From Octopus sinensis (Eukaryota), in NCBI RefSeq assembly GCF_006345805.1, contig NW_021835878.1, forward strand, positions 1 to 36,960: a DNA stretch of 36,960 nt, written 5' to 3'. The notes beneath the pieces were generated by a model. The model had not been told where the DNA came from. It was given only the letters and a program-made list of their open reading frames with translations, and did no database searches. The translations under genes were made by a program, and so were the position numbers. This document shows positions 1 to 11,286 of the stretch, one piece after another; position 1 is the first letter of the stretch, and every line of letters starts with the position of its first letter.

Positions 1-304
1 TGTTGCGTTCTGGGTCGATCTAGTCGACAGGCATCCTCCTCTAAAAATTTCCGGTCTTGTGCCTAGAGTAGAACAGTATATACATATACATATATATATA
101 TATATATATATATCATCATCATCACCATCGTTTAACGTCCGCTTTCCACGCTGGCATGGTTTGGACGATTTGACTGAGGTCTGGTGAGCCCCAGAAGCTG
201 CACCAGGCTCCAATCTAATCTGGCAGAGTTCCTGCAGCTGGATGCCCGTCCTAACGCCAACACCTCCGAGAGTGTACTGGGTGCATGTATATACATATAT
301 ATAT

Positions 305-535
305 ATTATATATATATAAAGTTAATCCAAACAAAAGCACAAAAAAACACAACAACGCGAGGACGTGGAACAAATATAGTGTTATTGGACCTCAGGAAGA
401 AGGAAGAAGGAGGGTTTAACGTTTCGAGCGGAGCTCTTCGTCGGAAACATAGGAGAAGGAAAGATCCAAGGAAGGGAAGAGAAAAGAAAAAAAATTACCA
501 ACGGTACACACAAGGTCACATTTTGACCCAAAAGT
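305..535 (-). mobile_element. Short non-coding repeat carrying a minimal hammerhead (probable Penelope-like pLTR remnant)
   Basis: Near-identical reverse complement of 36655-36870, flanked by (TA)n. Confidence 0.6.
414..448 (-). ncRNA. Minimal type I hammerhead-like motif, variant core CCGACGA
   Basis: guuu-CCGACGA-A-GAGC(ucc)GCUC-GAAA-CG-UU-aaac. Same family as 36734-36768. Confidence 0.5.
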
Positions 536-764
536 AGGTTCACAGTTATCCTGTAGGCCCATTAAACTTCTTTTAAAACATTTTATTACATTTAAATTTC
601 TATCTTACAGTTAAAATAAATTAGCATAGAATAAGGGTTTTATATGGGCTTTTTATAATTAAAATCTAAACTGTTAATATATGAATGTGAAAGAGATAGT
701 TGATTAACTGTAAACCTAGTTTCGGGCCACCCTGTGTGGGTGTCTTTTCAGAACATTGTCTGGT

Positions 765-826
765 TTAAAAAGCCACATCAGATGCCATGATGGTTCTAAG
801 GTGTAGGTACATGAGGGGGTCAAACT
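765..826 (-). CDS. Possible terminal exon L: (E)FDPLMYLHLRTIMASDVAF*
   Basis: Acceptor ctactccttatgcag, phase 1 (fits a donor at 4110). Non-repetitive island among repeats, TAA at 765-767, minus-strand AATAAA near 582-587. Not confirmed. Confidence 0.4.
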
Positions 827-879
827 CTGCATAAGGAGTAGCCAACCACCATATATATATATATATATACTCTCTCTCT

Positions 880-1267
880 TTTTTACTCTTTTACTTGTTT
901 CAGTCATTTGACTGCAGCCATGCTGGAGCACCGCCTTTAATCGAGCAACTCGACCCCGGTACTTATTCTTTGTAAGCCCAGTACTTATTCTATCGGTGTC
1001 TTTTGCCGAACTGCTAAGTAACGGGGACATAAACACATCAGCATCGGTTGTCAAGCAATGCTAGGGGGACAAACACAAACATACACACACACATATATAT
1101 ACATATATACGACGGGCTTCTTTCAGTTTCCGTCTACCAAATCCACTCACAAGGCTTTGGTTGGCCCAAGGCTATAGTAGAAGACACTTGCCCAAGGTGC
1201 CACGCAGTGGGACTGAACCCGGAACCATGTGGTTGGTAAACAAGCTACTTACCACACAGCCACTCCT
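880..1267 (-). mobile_element. tRNA-derived SINE, full length, with internal (TA)/(TG) microsatellite
   Basis: Head TGGCTGTGTGG (A-box-like) and GGTTCAGTCCC (B-box-like); body and tail shared with many copies in the window. Confidence 0.85.
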
Positions 1268-1303
1268 ACGCCTATATATATATATACTTTATTTGAAGCA
1301 GAG

Positions 1304-1435
1304 GAAAATTCAACAAAACCTGTTACTTTGAGTTTCATATTGCCGTTCGGCGGACAGTTTTTGCTGATTCTAGCAAAAACTGTCCGATGAATGGCAACGT
1401 GAAACTCGAGTAATAACAGGTTTTGTTGAATTTTC
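1304..1435. repeat. Imperfect foldback (MITE-like), about 62-bp arms, 6-nt loop; related fragment near 11700-11778
   Basis: gaaaattcaacaaaacctgtta...cggacagtttttgct / agcaaaaactgtccg...taacaggttttgttgaattttc. Confidence 0.75.
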
Positions 1436-1522
1436 TGGTGCTTTAAATAAAGCATATTACTCTACCACTGGTATTTGAGTACTCTTTTTTCACCTTGTTT
1501 CACATTTATGTGTTTACTCCGG

Positions 1523-1554
<32 letters not shown>

Positions 1555-1574
1555 ATATATATATATCGCCATGA

Positions 1575-1790
1575 TAGATCGTTAACCACTATACACATTT
1601 TTTTCTCTTCTTGTTTCTCTCCTTGTTTCTTTTCTGTGTATCTTTCTGTCGAAGAGCGTAGGCTCGAAACGTAAAAGACTTTTTCTATTTCTATTCCTGA
1701 GCGCCATACTAATACATTTGTTTGTTTGTACTCCACCTGCCTTCGTCTTTTGTTTATTTTCGTAAACTTTCCCATTATAATATATATATA
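1575..1790 (+). mobile_element. Short hammerhead-bearing repeat family (further copies about 20370-20530 and 21615-21780)
   Basis: Shared acacattttttctctcc...gaagagc..ggctcgaaacgtaaaaga...ctgagcg..atactaatacat...gtcttttgttt sequence, ending at (TA)n. Confidence 0.62.
1641..1678 (+). ncRNA. Minimal type I hammerhead-like motif, variant core CUGUCGA
   Basis: ucuuu-CUGUCGA-A-GAGC(guag)GCUC-GAAA-CG-UA-aaaga, with a 5-bp stem I. Confidence 0.55.
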
Positions 1791-2371
1791 TATAATAATA
1801 ATAATGAAAGGTAGGATTATCATTGCAAGAATATTTTGGGTGATAGATTTGCTGGTTCAGAACTGGTTCGACCCAGGGCTAAACAACAACAAGAACAACA
1901 ACAACACTAGCAGCATCAATAACAACTTAATTTATATCAAAAGTATGTATGTATATGTATATGTATTTATGCATATGTGTGTGTATATATATATATATAT
2001 TTCGTTTTTGTGTTTGGTTTGCTAGATTATTTATGTGAATTGGTGTGTTGAAGCATGTTTTGTTGTGTCTGGGGAGGAGAGTCGTTCTCTTTTGGTGCCT
2101 TATAAACACATTCACCGGTTCAATTTCCACTCATCATTTTCCTTCTAAAATTTCCATTGCTTCTCGCAACCTCTTCAATAGTTGTTGACAGAGTCAACAA
2201 CTATTAGAAGAAAAATAATGAATGAGAAGAAATCGAATCGGTGAGTGTGTTAATTGATAAAGCATTAAAACAGAATGACACTCCCCAGACACAACAGCAT
2301 ATATATCCTTCTCTAGTATTCATATTTGTACTTTATATCTTCATTTTATACCTCTATAATTGTACTTTATA

Positions 2372-2500
2372 ATCTCTGACGAGGCCTTGCGATATATATA
2401 TATAAGTAACTCATTTATAACCGCATATTACCTTAATACATCTGACTAATATGAGCATAATGAGATACTCTTATCTACATGACTGAAACAGCTGTAAGAT
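2372..2500 (+). ncRNA. Degenerate type I hammerhead with long loop II and palindromic CAGCUG stem III
   Basis: aucu-CUGACGA-GGCC...GACU-GAAA-CAGCUG-UA-agau. Stem II has one mismatch. Confidence 0.55.
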
Positions 2501-2681
2501 CCATTTTATATTTATATGTATTGTTCTTATGGTATTATCTTACTTATTGATGTGTACTGTTTTATTCTGTATTATTCTGTTTGATCTGGATGTTCCTAAA
2601 TAATTAGTTAATAAATTATATTAATTGGTATTATCTAGTAGTTGATGATTGATTAAAATCTATTCCTCCATTTTCTTATTT

Positions 2682-2716
<35 letters not shown>

Positions 2717-2975
2717 CACCAAGTAAGTTAGGTGTTGTGGATCCAACCCTCTAAGGGATAATACTTATCCAATATACTATTGGTATAATACCCAAATTAT
2801 TAATACACAAGTGTTTTTAATTGCAATGCAATAAACTCACTTATTGTATTAAATGGGTGAAGGTAAAGAAATATTTTACCATTAATTTATAATACAAATA
2901 AGAAAATGGAGAAATACTTTAGTTGGTCCAAAGCTGATGAACAAACTAATGTGTTTCTCTATTTTCTTATTTGTA

Positions 2976-3006
<31 letters not shown>

Positions 3007-3132
3007 TAAATTAGAGATAAAACCACTATTAGGCAAATCAAACAATGAAAAACTTAAGCCAATACATAAGATTATTTAATTTATATTATTTAAATATATA
3101 ACAAAATTATTAAAAAAATATAATTAATATAA

Positions 3133-3196
3133 CACTACGATCGTTTCATGGCTGTTAATTTCTTTAAATTTTCGAGTTACAGTCATTCATCAGGTG
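3133..3196 (-). ncRNA. Type I hammerhead ribozyme motif, intact core
   Basis: cac-CUGAUGA-AUGACUGU...ACAGCCAU-GAAA-CGAUCG-UA-gug. Stem II pairs 7 of 8; stem I is short. Confidence 0.72.
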
Positions 3197-3382
3197 GTTT
3201 AAATATTTATCTTGGCGAGGTTTTGTTTCTAATTTAATATAATATAATATTTTATTGGATTCAATCCTAAATCTGATTTCTCCCTGTAAGTTTGGATTTA
3301 TTCCCTAATATTTATTATATATATATATATTATATATATATATATATATATAATCAAAATAAGCAACAAGCATGACTCCGGT

Positions 3383-3473
3383 AATTTGGTACGATCGTTT
3401 TGTACTACATCATTTTATTAAATGTTGTAAGTATTACAACAGATTTAAAATGCCGAGTACTCATCAGCCAATT
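3383..3473 (-). ncRNA. Hammerhead motif with GAAA>AAAA core change (probably inactive)
   Basis: uugg-CUGAUGA-GUACU...AGUAC-AAAA-CGAUCG-UA-ccaa. Same family as 36040-36123. Confidence 0.6.
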
Positions 3474-3652
3474 ATAGAATCATTCTTGTTGCTTATTTTG
3501 ATTATAATCACCCCGCGGATTTTTATGGATAACACCATACAAAATTCTGGTGCATCTAAATTAAGTACCATATTCATTTGAATCTAAATTTTTGCTGACT
3601 TATATAAATATATATTAATCAAAGTGTACACTATTATATATCCATTACCGAC

Positions 3653-3737
3653 GGTCTTACTAATCGGTTTCGCACAAGGAGTTGAATGGAATGTTAGGTA
3701 TCAGTCCGATTATGTAACACTGTGCTCTTCAGAGGTA
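3653..3737 (-). ncRNA. Degenerate hammerhead motif
   Basis: ccu-CUGAAGA-GCACA...UGUGC-GAAA-CCGAUUAG-UA-aga. Perfect 5-bp stem II, eroded stems I and III. Confidence 0.5.
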
Positions 3738-4090
3738 GCCATTATGGAATGATGTATGTATATCATTGTTCAGTTTTATTTCAAAATTTCTTGCCAATAA
3801 AGAAAAGGCCAGTTTCTAATCTAAATCCAAGGCTCCCTCATTGAAATTTCAACATCAACAACAGAGTATTTTTGTTTGTATGCATGTATATATGTATGTA
3901 TGTATATGTGTAGATTTGTATGTTTTGTTTTATGTATGTATTCTCATGCATATAGCTGTATGTATGTATGTATGTATGTATGTATGCATGCATGCATGTA
4001 TGTATGTATGAATGTATGGAAGACACAGATTGATTCTATAGAATTTGTAACAACAGCAGTTGAAGAATTGTCAAAAGACAACATCAATTC

Positions 4091-4205
4091 TTAGAACGCC
4101 GATATGTCACCAATCTCTGGACATGTCTTCGAGAAGAATTCGTTCATCATTTTAAAGAATTTCTCAAAACATGATATACCAATAAGATATGCTCCAGCAC
4201 CTTCT
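4091..4205 (-). CDS. Exon K: (R)EGAGAYLIGISCFEKFFKMMNEFFSKTCPEIGDISAF* (or spliced at 4111)
   Basis: Strong acceptor tttttcttttttttgcag, phase 2 matching exon J. It either reads to TAA at 4091-4093 or uses a phase-1 donor (gtgaca at 4110, or gtatat earlier). Confidence 0.7.
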
Positions 4206-4412
4206 CTGCAAAAAAAAGAAAAATGAAAAGCATAAATGGAACAATTTGAAAAAGTGACCAAAGGAGCATTATAAGCATTTGATGGTAGCATATTTGCTAA
4301 TTATCATCTGAAGTTATCATTTAAGCTTAATTAAAATATATTTTTTTTTATAGCGGTTAAAAGAACACGAAATTACTTATATTCAACATACATGCATGCA
4401 TATCATCATCAT

Positions 4413-5101
4413 TGTTCGACCGTAGTCGAGACAATGGAATTTACTATGTTATGCCAGACTTCACGGTCCATCGTAGCATTACGGAGGTCCTGTTGCTGGA
4501 TGCCTGTATCCCTGGAGATTAGATCAGGGTAGGAGAGTGTGCGCCCTCTGGTATCACGACCGTGGTCAAGACAATGGAATTTACCATGCTACGCCAGACT
4601 TCACGGTCCATCAGAGCATTACGGAGGTCCTGTTGCTGGATGCCTGTATCCCTGGAGATTACATCAGGGTAGGAGAGTGTGCGCCCTCTGGTATTGCGAG
4701 TAGATGGCTTCCAGAGGAGAAGAGTAGAAATTACTTCTTTTTCAGCTCTACAACAATGTCCAGCAAACTGGACTCTTCTAACTTTCACAAGAGATGACAC
4801 AGGTTATATGTGTGTGTATATATATATATATATATCATCATCATCATCATTGTTCGACCGTGGTCGAGACAATGGAATTTACTATGTTACACCAGACTTC
4901 ACGGCCCATTGTAGCATTACGGAGGTCCTGTTGCTGGATGCCTGTATCCCTGGAGATTAGATCAGGGTAGGAGAGTGTGCGCCCTCTGGTACTGTGAGTA
5001 GATGGCTTCCAGAGAAGAGTAGAAATTGCCTCGTTTTCAGCTCTACAACAATGTCCAGCAAACTGGACTCTTCTACCTTTCACAAGAGATGATACAGGTT
5101 A

Positions 5102-5138
<37 letters not shown>

Positions 5139-5545
5139 CATCATCATCATCATCATCATTGTTCGACCGTGGTCGAGACAATGGAATTTACTATGTTATG
5201 CCAGACTTCACGGTCCATCAGAGCATTACGGAGGTCCTGTATCCCTGGAGATTACATCAGGGTAGGAGAGTGTGAACCCTCTGGTATCGCGAGTAGATGG
5301 CTTCCAGAGGAGAAGAGTAGAAATTACCTCTTTTTCAGCTCTACAACAATGTCCAGCAAACTGGACTCTCCTACCTTTCACAAGAGATGACACAGGTGGT
5401 AGTTTCCAAATATTTGTACTTTGGTTGAATGAGGCTTCCACGAGAGATTTTGAGCTCTCATAAGGAGGCGAGTGTAGGTTCCATCCAACTGCCTCTCAAG
5501 CTTCTTTGATAATGTGTAATGTCCATTATGCACACATAATGTCCA
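4413..5545 (-). mobile_element. Four tandem partial copies of an RTE/RTEX-type LINE 3' end with (GAT)n tails
   Basis: Translates to RRVQFAGHCCRAEKEVISTLLLWKPSTRNTRGRTLSYPDVISRDTG...DREVWR, typical of the post-RT C-terminus of RTE-group ORFs. No RT core is present. Confidence 0.75.
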
Positions 5546-5551
5546 TTAGCA

Positions 5552-5953
5552 CAGGAGTGGCTGTGTGGTAAGTAGCTTGTTTACCAACCACATGGTTCCA
5601 GGTTCAGTCCCACTGCGTGGCACCTTGGGCAAGTGTCTTCTACTATAGCCTCGGGCCGACCAAAGCCTTGTGAGTGGATTCGGTAGACGGAAACTGAAAG
5701 AAGCCCGTTGTATATATGTATATATATATGCGTGTGTGTGTTTGTGTGTCTGTGTTTGTCCCCCTAGCATTGCTTGACAACCGATGCTGGTGTGTTTATG
5801 TCCCCGTCACTTAGCGGTTCGGCAAAAGAGACCGATAGAATAAGTACTGGGCTTACAAAAGAATAAGTCCCGGGGTCGAGTTGCTCGATTAAAGGCGGTG
5901 CTCCAGCATGGCCGCAGTCAAATGATTGAAACAAGTAAAAGAGTAAAAGAGTA
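5552..5953 (+). mobile_element. tRNA-derived SINE, full length
   Basis: Same family as 880-1267. Confidence 0.85.
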
Positions 5954-6049
5954 TTAGCGTTTCAGAAAATATATTTCTCGCAATGGCGTTTATCCTGTGA
6001 TGTATCTGCTTTGAGTATGATACACAGATGGCTGTTGTAATGTCCTTAC

Positions 6050-6180
6050 CTCAGTAAATGTTCTGTCGTTTGTTCGGGCATGTAGGCCAGGAGGAAGGAT
6101 ATGGCTCGCATCGTCTGCTGTTTCGTCTGCGTGTGTTCCGACATCAGTCCTTTCCGGATGATTTCGGGGAGATATTGCAT
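6050..6180 (-). CDS. Exon J: MQYLPEIIRKGLMSEHTQTKQQTMRAISFLLAYMPEQTTEHLL(R)
   Basis: Acceptor ctggttgctag (weak pyrimidine tract), donor gtaagg, 131 nt, phase 0/2. Confidence 0.85.
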
Positions 6181-6184
6181 CTAG

Positions 6185-7270
6185 CAACCAGCATCATCAC
6201 CATCACCATCATCATCGTCGTCGTCGTCGTCGTTGTCATCATCATCGTTGCCACCATCATTACCATCATCATCATCATCACCGTCATCATTATTGTCATT
6301 ATTATTGTCATCATCATCATCATCATTAACATCACCATCATCATCAGGACCATCACCATCATCATTACCATCGTCACCATCATCATCATTACCATCACCA
6401 TCATCATCAGGACCATCACCATCATCATTACCATCGTCACCATCATCATCATTACCATCACCATCATCATCATGACCATCACCATCATCATCAGGACCAT
6501 CACCATCATCATTACCATCGTCACCATCATCATCATTACCATCATCACCATCATCATCATCATCATCATTACCATCACCATCATCATCATCATCATCATC
6601 ATTACCATCACCATCATCATCATCATCATCATCATTACCATCACCATCATCATCATTACCATCACCATCATCATCATCATCATCATCATTACCATCACCA
6701 TCATCATCATTAACATCACCATCATCATCAGGACCATCACCATCATCATCATTACCATCACCATCATCATCATTACCATCACCATCATCATCATCATCAT
6801 CATCATTACCATCACCATCATCATCATTACCATCACCATCATCATCATTACCATCACCATCATCATCATCATCATCATCATTAACATCACCATCATCATC
6901 AGGCCATCACATCACATTACCATCGTCACCATCATCATCATTACCATCACCATCATCATCATTACCATCACCATCATCATCACCATCATCATCATTACCA
7001 TCATCATCATCATCATTAACATCACCATCATCATCAGGACCATCACCATCATCATTACCATCACCATCACCATCATCATCATCACCATCATCGTTGTCAT
7101 CATCATTACCATCATCATCATCATCATCATCGTCATAATCACCAATGTCGTCGCCATCATTGAAACCAGCGTTGCCAACGGCAGCAGCAGCAGCCGTAGC
7201 AGTAGCAGGAAGCAACATCACCATCATAATTATTTATCATTATCATCATCATCATCGTCAGCAGCAACAT
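6185..7270. repeat. (CAT/CAC)n compound microsatellite
   Basis: Direct inspection; source of the poly-I/M/D pseudo-ORFs. Confidence 0.95.
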
Positions 7271-7380
7271 CAGAAAGAAATAAAAGAAAAAAGAGAACCA
7301 TGTGTATACAATGGAGAATTAGAGAGAGAGAGACAGAGAGAATAATGTATTCCTATACACACACATTTATGTGTGTGTGT

Positions 7381-7534
7381 GAGTGGCTGTGTGGTAAGTA
7401 GCTTGTCTACCAACCACATGGTTCCGGGTTCAATCCCACTGCGTGGCATCTTGAGCAAGCGTCTTCTACTATAGCCCCAGGCTGACCAATGCTTGTGAGT
7501 GGATTTGGTAGACGGAAACTGAAAGAAGCCTGTC

Positions 7535-7575
<41 letters not shown>

Positions 7576-7755
7576 CGCAGGAGTGGCTGTGTGGTAAGTA
7601 GCTTGCTTACCAACCACATGGTTCCGGGTTCAGTCCCACTGCGTGGCATCTTGAGCAAGCGTCTTCTACTATAGCCCCAGGCTGACCAATGCTTGTGAGT
7701 GGATTTGGTAGACGGAAACTGAAAGAAGCCTGTCGTATATATGTATATATATATG

Positions 7756-7818
<63 letters not shown>

Positions 7819-8026
7819 ATGTTTGTGTGTCTGTGTTTGTTCCCCTAGCATTGCTTGACAACCGGTGCTGGTGTGTTTACGTCCCCGTAACTTAGCAGTT
7901 CGGCAAAAGAAACCGATGGAATAAGTACTGGGCTTACAAATAGAATAAGTCCCGGGGTCGATTTGCTCGACTAGAGGCGGTGCTCCAGCATGGCCACAGT
8001 CAAATGACTGAAACAAGTAAAAGAGT
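7381..8026 (+). mobile_element. tRNA-derived SINE: head-only copy (7381-7536) followed by a full copy (7578-8026)
   Basis: Two near-identical heads separated by (TA)n. Confidence 0.85.
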
Positions 8027-8121
8027 ATACACACATATATATATATATATTTTTATACATGCCCCAGCATGGCCACAGCTCGTGAGCTGAAACTAAATAA
8101 AATGAAAAAAAAAAAAATAAA

Positions 8122-8332
8122 TACTCTTACGCTTTTACTCTCTTTTACTTGTTTCAGTCATTTGACTGCGGCTATGCTGGAGCACCGCCTTTAGCCGAGC
8201 AAATCAAGCTTATTCTTCGTAAGCCCAGTACTTATTCTATCGGTCTCTTTTGCCGAACAGCTAAGTTACGGGGACGTAAACACACCAGCATCGGTTGTCA
8301 AGCAATGCTAGGGGGACAAACACAGACACACA

Positions 8333-8374
<42 letters not shown>

Positions 8375-8545
8375 TGTATATATATACGACGGGCTTCTTT
8401 CAGTTTCCGTCTACCAAATCCACTCACAAGGCTTTGGTCGGCCCGAGGCTATAGTAGAAGACACTTGCCCAAGGTGCCACGCAGTGGGACTGAACCCGGA
8501 ACCATGTGGTTGGTAAGCAAGCTACTTACCACACAGCCACTCCTG
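8122..8545 (-). mobile_element. tRNA-derived SINE, full length, inverted relative to 7578-8026
   Basis: Same family, opposite strand. Confidence 0.85.
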
Positions 8546-8805
8546 TATGTGTATGTATTCACACAAAGAGGTTATCAAGAGGTTGTGAGATGTGCTAAAA
8601 ATAATAGCTAAATACCCCTTAATTCACATAAAAGAATTTGTTTTTTGAGGGGTTTTTTTTTCATAATTGTATGATTTCCCATATGTAGAACAGAAATTTT
8701 CAAATATTTTCTGAAAATCCCCAAAATAAAAAATAGTTATTAGGGTTTATAAGGGGTACTTAGAACAGAATTCTACCAAATAGACAACAAAAAACCCAAA
8801 CTTAC

Positions 8806-8937
8806 CAATGTTGGCGTGTTCAGTTTGAATTTGGAAAAATTGGCGATTCCTCGTAGAATGTTTAGAAGGGTCTCAGTGTCGAGGTTGTCGCGGTGGAGCA
8901 AGGAACAAAGGGTTTTTTGTAGATTGGAGAGACAGAC
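8806..8937 (-). CDS. Exon I: VCLSNLQKTLCSLLHRDNLDTETLLNILRGIANFSKFKLNTPTL
   Basis: Acceptor ccttctgtcttcacag, donor gtaagt, 132 nt, phase 0/0. LLNILRGIANFS is an ARM H3-like helix. Confidence 0.9.
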
Positions 8938-8979
8938 CTGTGAAGACAGAAGGCATGGATGAGAAGAGGAAGAGAAAAA

Positions 8980-9440
8980 GGATCTTTTTGGTTTGACCGG
9001 CAGTTTTTTAAAATAATTTCCACGTAACTAAACACTTTTAAACTTCGTATACTGGTAGAATGTGTTTATAAAACATCTTTTTCTCTTGGCTTTATTGAGA
9101 AAAGTCTATAGTTTGTAAGATATTTGTTGTTTTTTTTTCTTCAATTTCTGCAATTTCAACCAATCAGTGACCTCTATTGAGGTGAAAAACATTCTGTGCC
9201 ATATGAATATGTGCCTCGTTTAAGAAACAGATTGGGATCTTTTCGGATTGAACGGCAGTTTTTTAAAATAATTTCCCCGTAACTAAACACTTTTAAACTT
9301 CATATACTGGTAGAATGTGTTTATAAAACATCTTTTTCTCTTGGCTTTCTTGAGAAAATTCTATAGTTTGTAAGATATTTGTTGTATTTTTTCTTCAATT
9401 TCTGCAATTTCAACCAATCAATGACGTCTATTGAGGTGAA
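8980..9440. repeat. Direct duplication (period about 255 bp) of an AT-rich dispersed-repeat fragment
   Basis: cggcagttttttaaaataatttcc.cgtaactaaacacttttaaactt... occurs twice. Confidence 0.85.
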
Positions 9441-9499
9441 TACAATTACTACTGTTGTTTGTCAACAACAACTTCCGGCGGTGTATATTTCATTTTTAT

Positions 9500-9790
9500 A
9501 TATTAAATAGACTGGCTTCCGTGCCAGTGGCACGTAAAAAGCACGAATCCGATCGTGGCCGTTGCCAGCCTCCCCTGGCCCCTGTGCCGGTGGCATGTAA
9601 AAAGCACCTTCGACACTCATGGAGTAGTTTGTGTTAGGAAGGGCATCCAGTTGTAGAAACACTGCCAGATCAGACTGGAGCCTGGTGCAGCCTTCTGGCT
9701 TCCCAGACCCCAGTTGAACCGTCCAACCCATACTAGCATGGAAAACGGACGTTAAACGATGATGATGATGATGATGATGATGATGGTGAT
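9500..9790 (+). mobile_element. Short copy of the RTE 3'-UTR/tail repeat (others at about 120-285 minus, 18410-18572 plus, 19028-19640 minus, 20636-20952 plus, 25320-26010 minus)
   Basis: Shared ttaggaagggcatccag...gctagcatggaaaacggacgttaaac(gat)n. Confidence 0.75.
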
Positions 9791-10019
9791 GGTGATGACG
9801 ATGACGATGATGAAGATGTAATTAATTCATTTTATGACAGCAAATCCGCCGGTCAAAGTGAAAAGATCCGAGAAAAAGGGAGAGAGAGATAGGGGGGTAG
9901 GAGGGATGGAAGATGAGGAGAAGGAAGAGGTGGAATTAATGTATGATGATGGTAAAGGCTACCACGACAGCAGCAACAGCAAGAATAACAAGTGTGGTAA
10001 GCATTGCTATAATCAACAC

Positions 10020-10442
10020 TACCACCACCACCACCTCTCACCACCACCCATCACCACCACCACCACCACCACCACCACTACCTCTTCCACCACCCATCAC
10101 TACCACCCGTCACCACCACCACCACCACCAACACCACTACCACCACCTCCACTACCACCACAACCACCACCACCATCACCACCACCACCACCACCACCAC
10201 CACCACCACTACCACCACCTCCACTACCACCACCACCACCACCACCATCACCACCACCATCACCACCACCACCATCACCACCACCACAACCACCACCACC
10301 ATCACCACCACCACCACCTCTTCCACCACCCATCACCACCACCATCACCACCACAACCACCACCACTACAACCTCTTCCACCACGACCACCACAACCTCT
10401 TCCACCACGACCACCACAACCTCTTCCACCACCCATCACCAC

Positions 10443-10473
<31 letters not shown>

Positions 10474-10935
10474 TCCTCCACCACTGCAACCAACACCACC
10501 AACACCACTGCCACAATCATTGCCACCACTCTCACCTCTACCATTGCAATCGCCACAACCACCGCCAACACCTCGATCACTGCCACCACCACTACCACCA
10601 CCAACACTGCATCCAACACCCCAACCACTGACAACACCACAACCTCCACCGCCACCACCAACAACACTAACAACAAAATCCCCACCCTAACCACTGACAC
10701 CAGTCATCACCACCACCACCACCACCACCACCAATACCACCACCACCACCACCACTATCACAACGACCACTACCACCGTCATCATCAACACAACCACCAT
10801 CACCAATACTACAACCACCATCATCACAACCACCACCACCACCACCACCACCACCACCACCACCACCACCACCATCACCACCACAACTACCACCACAACT
10901 ACCACCACAACCACCACCACCACAACAACCATGAT
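10020..10935. repeat. (CAC/CCA)n compound microsatellite
   Basis: Direct inspection. Confidence 0.95.
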
Positions 10936-11014
10936 GATAAGATAACCATAAGATAACGATGTCTCAAAGGTCACTAATTAACCAACTCGTCTTTCTTCTC
11001 AACACACACACACA

Positions 11015-11240
11015 TATATTCTTTATTCTTTTACTCGTTTCAGTCATTTGACTGTGGCCATGCTGGAGCACCGCCTTTTTAGTCAACCAAATCGACCCCA
11101 GGACTTATTCTTTGTAAGCCTAGTACTTATTCTATCGGTCTCTTTTGCCGAACCGCTAAGTTACAGGGATGTAAACACACCAGCATCAGTTGTCAAGCGA
11201 TGGTTGGGTGGGTCGGGGTAGGGACAAACACAAACATGAA

Positions 11241-11286
<46 letters not shown>

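Noticed and set aside
5552-5640. tRNA gene
   Set aside because: It has A/B-box-like motifs but no cloverleaf, and it continues into a SINE body repeated many times.
6058-7401. Long poly-Ile/Thr, poly-Pro/His, poly-Asp/Met and YI-repeat ORFs (also 9834-10956, 26356-27869, 29807-30916)
   Set aside because: They are translations of microsatellites with no start or splice context.
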